In this document: piece by piece, positions 62,376 through 64,000 of the stretch
How the letters are laid out: each line of letters opens with the position of its first letter
Numbering within the stretch: the first letter of the stretch is position 1
NCBI GenBank assembly: GCA_000934665.2
Contig: JYFJ02001466.1
Coordinates: 1-64,000, forward strand
DNA length: 64,000 bases
DNA from: Catajapyx aquilonaris
Taxonomy: Eukaryota
Direction: 5' to 3'
The notes under the pieces: model-generated
Told to the model about the DNA's origin: nothing
Seen by the model: only the letters and a program-made list of their open reading frames with translations
The model's database searches: none
Position numbers and translations under genes: made by a program

Positions 62376-64000
62376 TATATGTGGAACTATCCTTGATTTT
62401 TAACGCTACTGTATATGCAGTAGTATAATGAATACCACTAATGAAAGGTAGTAATAGCCCATTGCAGTCCGTAGCATGAAGGACTTCACCTTTGACACGA
62501 ACGGTGGAGGTATACCACACATTATATTGGGATAGGTTAGGATCAAAACTGCTGCTGTTATATAATTATTATGTAACTAAAATCTCTTGAATTATGCAAG
62601 GCACGAGTGAATGAAATTAATGATTCAAAGTATACAGTACACAGTTGAATTTTCACTTAATTGACAAAGTTTATTGCTTCTGTTCAAGGTTCCGACTTGC
62701 AGATGATGTATACTGTGCAGTAATTAATATTGGGCTACTTGTGAGGCTAAAATGATGGCGGTTTATTGAGAAACGATTGTAATGAAAATCACAACACTAA
62801 CATTCCATCTTTTTTCAAGACTGGTAGGCCACACATTCAAAGTGAGGATGCTGACAGAAATTAGCTAATTTGCATACACGTGGAAAGGGTTAAACCTTGA
62901 ACTATTATCTGGCCTTGTTTTATTGCCCTCGTCTATATATTATTGTCAAGCGACTCTACATAGTGAATCACGCATCGGCCTATACTTGCTCTAACGAGCT
63001 ACTTGTACTCGTACTTCAAGTCTTTGTTACTTAAACTTGAGGTCGCTTGCGTTGTTGCCTACTATATATACATATTGGTAAGGAATTAATTGTATGGTCA
63101 AGGCCAGATATGCGTGTCTGAAACTTCTGGACGAAAAGAAAAGTTTACTATTCAATTGTTTATCATTATAGGCCTAATACTACATTTCCAAGTGCCCGAT
63201 ATCGGCAACAGGAAATGTTCTGGGGGGGGAAAAAATTATACAGTAGTATTTATGAAACTTAAATCAGCTGCTACTCCTACCAGAAGTTGACTTATAAAAC
63301 TGCTATTTGCAAGGGGTTAACCACTCGATTGTAAAGTGTACACTGGAGTACCAAATTCAAGGAGTACCAAGGAGTACCAAAGAGTAAAATACATCATGGG
63401 AATGTTTGAATCTCATAAGGAAATCTGTAAGGGTAAATGACAGTCTTAAATTTCGTAAAAATGTTTATAAACCGCACACAGTAGCATACACAAGGTAAAC
63501 CAAGACTAACGTGTTATATAATTCAGAGTCAACACAGTTTCAACATCACATAATTATATGTCTACTACGCTATATAAAATCACTTAACTATATAAGTCGT
63601 ATTGCTGTTGGTCATGGGATTTAATGACAGGATGGCAATGAAGAGTTTCCTTTTATAGCTATGTCTTTCCTTTAACGGTACTAATAGCAGTGCGCAATCA
63701 GTATAATATCAATCTGAATTTTTTTGAAAGTATACTGCAACACCATAATACAGCGATATACGAATGCATGTGCAGCACCCACGATATCCGTCACGATGGA
63801 ATGATCCTGTATTGTCAAAAATGCCTCCTCCGGAACAATAGGCAACTGACACTGCCTGAGGCCAGAGAAGTGCTTATTAGCTGTCTCCTTGAAGAATTTT
63901 ATCACCAACGATTATTTCTTTCATCGCTATATAACTGCATGTGCCACGCCTCTCTCTATTCTGCGCCCATACTCAGTGGTATTATTTGAGTCTTTCATAA

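Overview
Eukaryotic, AT-rich, intron-containing invertebrate genomic DNA, probably arthropod (inferred from TCAGT-type initiators, short GT-AG introns and gene content). There are no prokaryotic features, CRISPR arrays or rRNA/tRNA genes. Genes from left to right: the 5' end of an SLC22 organic cation transporter (-); a large gene (+, about 2.6-16.5 kb) encoding an unusual protein with a helical N-terminus, a disordered Tyr-motif region, a PH domain and a C-terminal divergent actin fold; PAM16/Magmas (-); a BC-box/cullin-box LRR protein (-); a KIAA2013 homologue (-); a 15-exon patched-related/NPC1-like sterol-sensing-domain transporter (+); and the first exon of a probable tandem paralogue (+). 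Two tRNA-derived SINEs with target-site duplications, several MITEs/foldbacks and microsatellites are also present. The most interesting element is the PH-actin gene, which appears to carry an internal promoter giving a membrane-anchor first exon, an 18-nt microexon inside the actin fold and a GC-AG intron. All gene models were built by hand from splice signals and reading-frame phase; there is no expression or homology-search evidence.
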